Source: a phage. Taken from it: a DNA stretch of 39,129 nucleotides. The notes below the pieces were generated by a model that was not told the DNA's origin, made no database searches, and saw only the letters and a program-made list of their open reading frames with translations. How positions within the stretch are numbered: the stretch's first letter is position 1; each line of letters begins with the position of its first letter. Positions 36,046 to 39,129 of the stretch are shown here, one piece after another. The stretch is taken from the sequence record PX309103.1; one strand, 5' to 3'. The position numbers were made by a program, and so were the translations under genes.

Positions 36046-36495
36046 ATGCTCGAATTTTTAAAGAGAGCGGCTCCGTGGTTACTTGCAGCAGTGATGTTTG
36101 CTGGTGGCTACCACACCGCTAACAATAAGTGGGAGGCTAAGGTCAATGCAGAATACACCTCGAATCTTAAGGCATCGGAGGATACAAGGCTTGCTGTCCA
36201 AGCTGAAGTCAACAAAGTGTCCAAACGGTTCCAAGACGAAATGTCCTCGCTGGAAGGCAGCACTGATAGGATTATTGCTGACCTTCAGTCTGACAATAAG
36301 CGGCTGCTCATCCGAGTCAAACCTACGAGTGGAACCACGCAAAATGACGGTCGATGCTTCATTGATGGCTACGCCGAACTTGACGAACGAGATGCTAAAC
36401 GTCTTATCGCCATCGGAGTGAAAGGAGACAAGTGGATTAAGGCCCTTCAAGACACTGTGAGAGCCTTACAGCAAGAGAAGGAGGTGACGCATTGA
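36046..36495 (+). CDS. i-spanin (Rz-like, gp18.5 family)
   Basis: 149 aa; N-terminal TM segment; [21 protein letters not shown] and [10 protein letters not shown] match T7 gp18.5. Confidence 0.88.
   Translation: MLEFLKRAAPWLLAAVMFAGGYHTANNKWEAKVNAEYTSNLKASEDTRLAVQAEVNKVSKRFQDEMSSLEGSTDRIIADLQSDNKRLLIRVKPTSGTTQNDGRCFIDGYAELDERDAKRLIAIGVKGDKWIKALQDTVRALQQEKEVTH
36146..36421 (+). CDS. o-spanin (Rz1-like lipoprotein, gp18.7 family), embedded in the +1 frame of the i-spanin gene
   Basis: Signal peptide plus lipobox ([19 protein letters not shown]); GGGAGG RBS 9 nt upstream of ATG 36146; exact start uncertain. Confidence 0.65.
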   Translation: MQNTPRILRHRRIQGLLSKLKSTKCPNGSKTKCPRWKAALIGLLLTFSLTISGCSSESNLRVEPRKMTVDASLMATPNLTNEMLNVLSPSE

Positions 36496-38255
36496 GTAAA
36501 GACTTAGTGGCGCGTCAGGCGCTAATGACTGCCCGTATGAAGGCAGACTTCGTGTTCTTCCTGTTCGTCCTGTGGAAAGCTCTGTCACTCCCGGTCCCGA
36601 CTCGATGTCAGATTGACATGGCGAAGAAACTATCGGCTGGGGACAACAGGCGTTTCATCCTACAGGCGTTCCGTGGTATCGGGAAGTCCTTCATTACGTG
36701 TGCATTCGTGGTCTGGAAACTATGGAATAACCCAGACTTGAAGTTCATGATTGTGTCGGCCTCAAAGGAACGAGCCGATGCGAACTCCATCTTCATCAAG
36801 CGAATCATCGACCTCATGCCTCAGCTTCAGGAACTCAAACCTAAGCAGGGTCAGCGAGATGCGGTTATCAGCTTCGACGTTGGACCAGCCAAGCCAGACC
36901 ACTCACCTTCGGTTAAGTCCGTTGGTATCACTGGTCAGTTGACTGGTAGTCGTGCTGACCTCCTGATTGCCGATGACGTGGAGGTTCCAAACAACTCAGC
37001 GACTCAGGCTGCACGAGACCGTCTGTCAGAGCTTGTAAAAGAGTTCGACGCTATCCTGAAGCCGGGAGGTACAATCATCTATCTGGGTACTCCTCAGAAC
37101 GAGATGACCTTGTATCGTGAGCTGGAAGGCCGTGGATACACCACTACCATCTGGCCCGCTCGCTACCCACGCGATAAGAAGGACTGGCAGTCTTACGGCG
37201 ACCGTCTGGCACCGATGCTTCAGGCAGAGCTTGAAGAGGACCCTGAGTCCTTCTACTGGCGTCCGACCGATGAAGTACGATTCGATGATACGGACCTGAA
37301 GGAACGTGAGCTGTCCTATGGTAAAGCTGGCTTCGCTCTACAGTTCATGCTTAACCCTAACCTGAGTGATGCTGAGAAGTACCCTCTGAAGCTCCGTGAC
37401 CTTATCGTAGCCGACTTGGACCCAGCGTCTAGCCCAATGGTATACCAATGGCTTCCTAACCCTCAGAACAAGCGTGAGGACGTTCCTAACGTTGGACTCA
37501 TGGGTGACTCATACCACACGTATCAGACTGTAGGTTCTGCCTTCAGTTCGTACACCCAGAAGATTCTAGTCATTGACCCTAGTGGTCGTGGTAAGGATGA
37601 AACTGGTTATGCGGTACTGTACCAGCTAAACGGCTACATCTTCGCTATGGAAGTTGGCGGTATGCGAGGTGGCTATGAAGACTCTACGCTGGAAGCCTTG
37701 GCTAAGATTGGTCGTAAGTGGAAGGTCAACGAATACGTCATTGAGGGTAACTTCGGTGATGGTATGTACCTTGAGCTATTCAAGCCTGTAGCTTCCCGTA
37801 TTCATCCTGCTGCTGTAACTGAAGTGAAGAGTAAGGGTCAGAAGGAACTCCGCATCTGTGACGTTCTGGAGCCTATCATGGGGTCTCACCGACTTATCGT
37901 TAACGCTGCTGCTATCGTCCAAGATTACCAGTCTGCCTCTGATAAGGATGGTGTTCGTAACCCTATCTACTCTCTCTTCTACCAGATGACACGTATCTCT
38001 CGTGAACGTGGAGCATTGGCACACGATGACCGACTTGATGCGCTGGCTATCGGTGTACAGTTCTTCGTTGAGTCTATGGCGAAGGATGCCAACAAAGGCG
38101 AACGTGAAGTCACTGAGGAGTGGCTGGAAGAACAGATGGAGAACCCACGGAAAGGATTCGAGTCCATCCACACGGAGTTCTGGGACAATGGGGTCCGGGT
38201 AACTCACAATACGGACGACGAGCTAGGACTAGGGTCATACGTTACGTTTCACTAG
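36492..38255 (+). CDS. Terminase large subunit / DNA maturation protein B (gp19 family), TTG start
   Basis: 587 aa; very strong T7 gp19 similarity ([62 protein letters not shown]); the only in-frame start is TTG with AAGGAGG 8 nt upstream. Confidence 0.95.
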   Translation: MSKDLVARQALMTARMKADFVFFLFVLWKALSLPVPTRCQIDMAKKLSAGDNRRFILQAFRGIGKSFITCAFVVWKLWNNPDLKFMIVSASKERADANSIFIKRIIDLMPQLQELKPKQGQRDAVISFDVGPAKPDHSPSVKSVGITGQLTGSRADLLIADDVEVPNNSATQAARDRLSELVKEFDAILKPGGTIIYLGTPQNEMTLYRELEGRGYTTTIWPARYPRDKKDWQSYGDRLAPMLQAELEEDPESFYWRPTDEVRFDDTDLKERELSYGKAGFALQFMLNPNLSDAEKYPLKLRDLIVADLDPASSPMVYQWLPNPQNKREDVPNVGLMGDSYHTYQTVGSAFSSYTQKILVIDPSGRGKDETGYAVLYQLNGYIFAMEVGGMRGGYEDSTLEALAKIGRKWKVNEYVIEGNFGDGMYLELFKPVASRIHPAAVTEVKSKGQKELRICDVLEPIMGSHRLIVNAAAIVQDYQSASDKDGVRNPIYSLFYQMTRISRERGALAHDDRLDALAIGVQFFVESMAKDANKGEREVTEEWLEEQMENPRKGFESIHTEFWDNGVRVTHNTDDELGLGSYVTFH

Positions 38256-38350
38256 CTGAATGAATAACTATAGGCGAAAACTGAATTAATAAGCAGTTAG
38301 TAACCTATAGTTACTACCAGTCTAACCTACTGTTTTATAAGGGGTTTGGA

Positions 38351-38373
38351 CTTAACTATCACTATAGGGAAGA
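38351..38373 (+). promoter_or_regulatory. Phage RNAP promoter near right end (phiOR-like)
   Basis: TTAACTATCACTATAGGGAAG. Confidence 0.85.
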
Positions 38374-38551
38374 CCCCCGGTTACTTATAGTATTACTGTA
38401 GTGAATATACATATGCAGACTTTATGCAAGACCTTAGGAGGCAGACTCCGAGTTCTTACCTAAGGCTTGCACCGATGGACGGAGGGTGATATTAATCATA
38501 ATCCCTCCAATACAGATAGTAAAGACCATAGATACAGGAGGTATGTAGCAT

Positions 38552-38710
38552 ATGGCAAAGACCAAAGCTGTACTTAAAGCTCTGGCGACCAATCGAGCTA
38601 CATACAGGTTTCTTGCTTCTGTTCTACTTGCTGCTGGCGTTACTGCTGGAAGTCAGTGGGTCGGGTGGGTCGAGACTCTCGTATGTTCTCTGGTGTCTCA
38701 GTGTAATTAA
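38552..38710 (+). CDS. gp19.5-position small membrane protein (52 aa)
   Basis: ORF MAKTKAVLKALATNRATYRFLASVLLAAGV... with AGGAGG RBS. Confidence 0.55.
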   Translation: MAKTKAVLKALATNRATYRFLASVLLAAGVTAGSQWVGWVETLVCSLVSQCN

Positions 38711-38743
38711 CGCAATCATGGTAACGATTCATGAGAGGAAGAC

Positions 38744-38786
38744 CTAAGGTCAGTACGTGGATAAAGACTCACTGTACTGACCTTAG
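38744..38786 (+). promoter_or_regulatory. Perfect 13-bp inverted repeat hairpin downstream of gene 19.5
   Basis: CTAAGGTCAGTAC (38744-38756), 17-nt loop, GTACTGACCTTAG (38774-38786); shares the AAGGUCA 5' arm with the other hairpins. Confidence 0.6.
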
Positions 38787-38871
38787 CTACTGTAGTCAAG
38801 GACTTTAGGTAACACCTTAATAGAAGCTCACTTAGGGTCATCCTACTTATTGGTCCATCCTAGTGTCGCCT

Positions 38872-38910
38872 GACCTACGGTCCTTGACCTACAGTGGCTG
38901 TGACCTACAG
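38872..38910. repeat. Array of 3 GACCTAC(A/G)G repeats just inside the right terminal repeat
   Basis: Copies at 38872, 38886 and 38902; counterpart of the left-end CCTACAG array. Confidence 0.6.
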
Positions 38911-38949
38911 TAGTGACGATGAGTTTTGGACCAAAAGTTTGAGACCACA

Positions 38950-39129
38950 TCTCACAGTTCAAGAACCTCAAGTCTCCCCATAGGCCCTCTTTAAGTCCAG
39001 ACCAAAGGCCCTACCCCCAGTCTATCATAAGGTTGGACCGATGGTCAAGACTTCAGGTCGACGATAGGTCTAGGCTATGGCTGGAGGTTAGACGATAGGT
39101 AGGGGCTATAGGTCTGTCTCTGTGTCTCT
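38950..39129. repeat. Right direct terminal repeat (180 bp), identical to 1-180
   Basis: Read directly from sequence. Confidence 0.95.

Overview
The window appears to be one complete, linear T7-like podophage genome (Autographiviridae-type organisation), 39,129 bp, bounded by a perfect 180-bp direct terminal repeat (1-180 = 38950-39129). All credible genes lie on the + strand in the canonical T7 order: Ocr-like anti-restriction protein, small early proteins, single-subunit RNA polymerase, gp1.1, gp1.2, ATP-dependent DNA ligase, gp2, SSB gp2.5, endonuclease I, lysozyme/amidase, primase-helicase, DNA polymerase, gp5.7, exonuclease, gp6.7, gp7.3, portal, scaffold, major capsid (with a -1 frameshift site for 10B), tail tube A/B, internal core proteins gp13-16, a 1064-aa endosialidase tailspike, holin, small terminase, i-/o-spanin and large terminase. 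The tailspike has a T7 gp17-like N-terminal adaptor and an endosialidase-type C-terminal chaperone domain, which points to a K1F-like (Kayfunavirus-type) phage of polysialic-acid-encapsulated E. coli K1; this is from recalled protein features, not a database search. Eleven copies of a phage-RNAP promoter (consensus TAAACTATCACTATAGG[G/A]A) are visible, along with two intrinsic terminators (TE-like after ligase, T-phi-like after capsid), heptamer arrays (CCTACAG) inside both terminal repeats, and a family of conserved hairpins with compensatory stem changes at RNase III-site-like positions. I found no single clear-cut novel system. The best candidates for something undescribed are the accessory differences from T7: an Ocr with a ~50-aa C-terminal extension, no gp0.7 kinase, an extra gene between endonuclease I and lysozyme, extra small genes after gene 1 and after DNA polymerase, an apparently replaced gp16 N-terminal domain, and a recurring 12-mer in promoter-proximal leaders. 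Minus-strand ORFs in the track are judged spurious.
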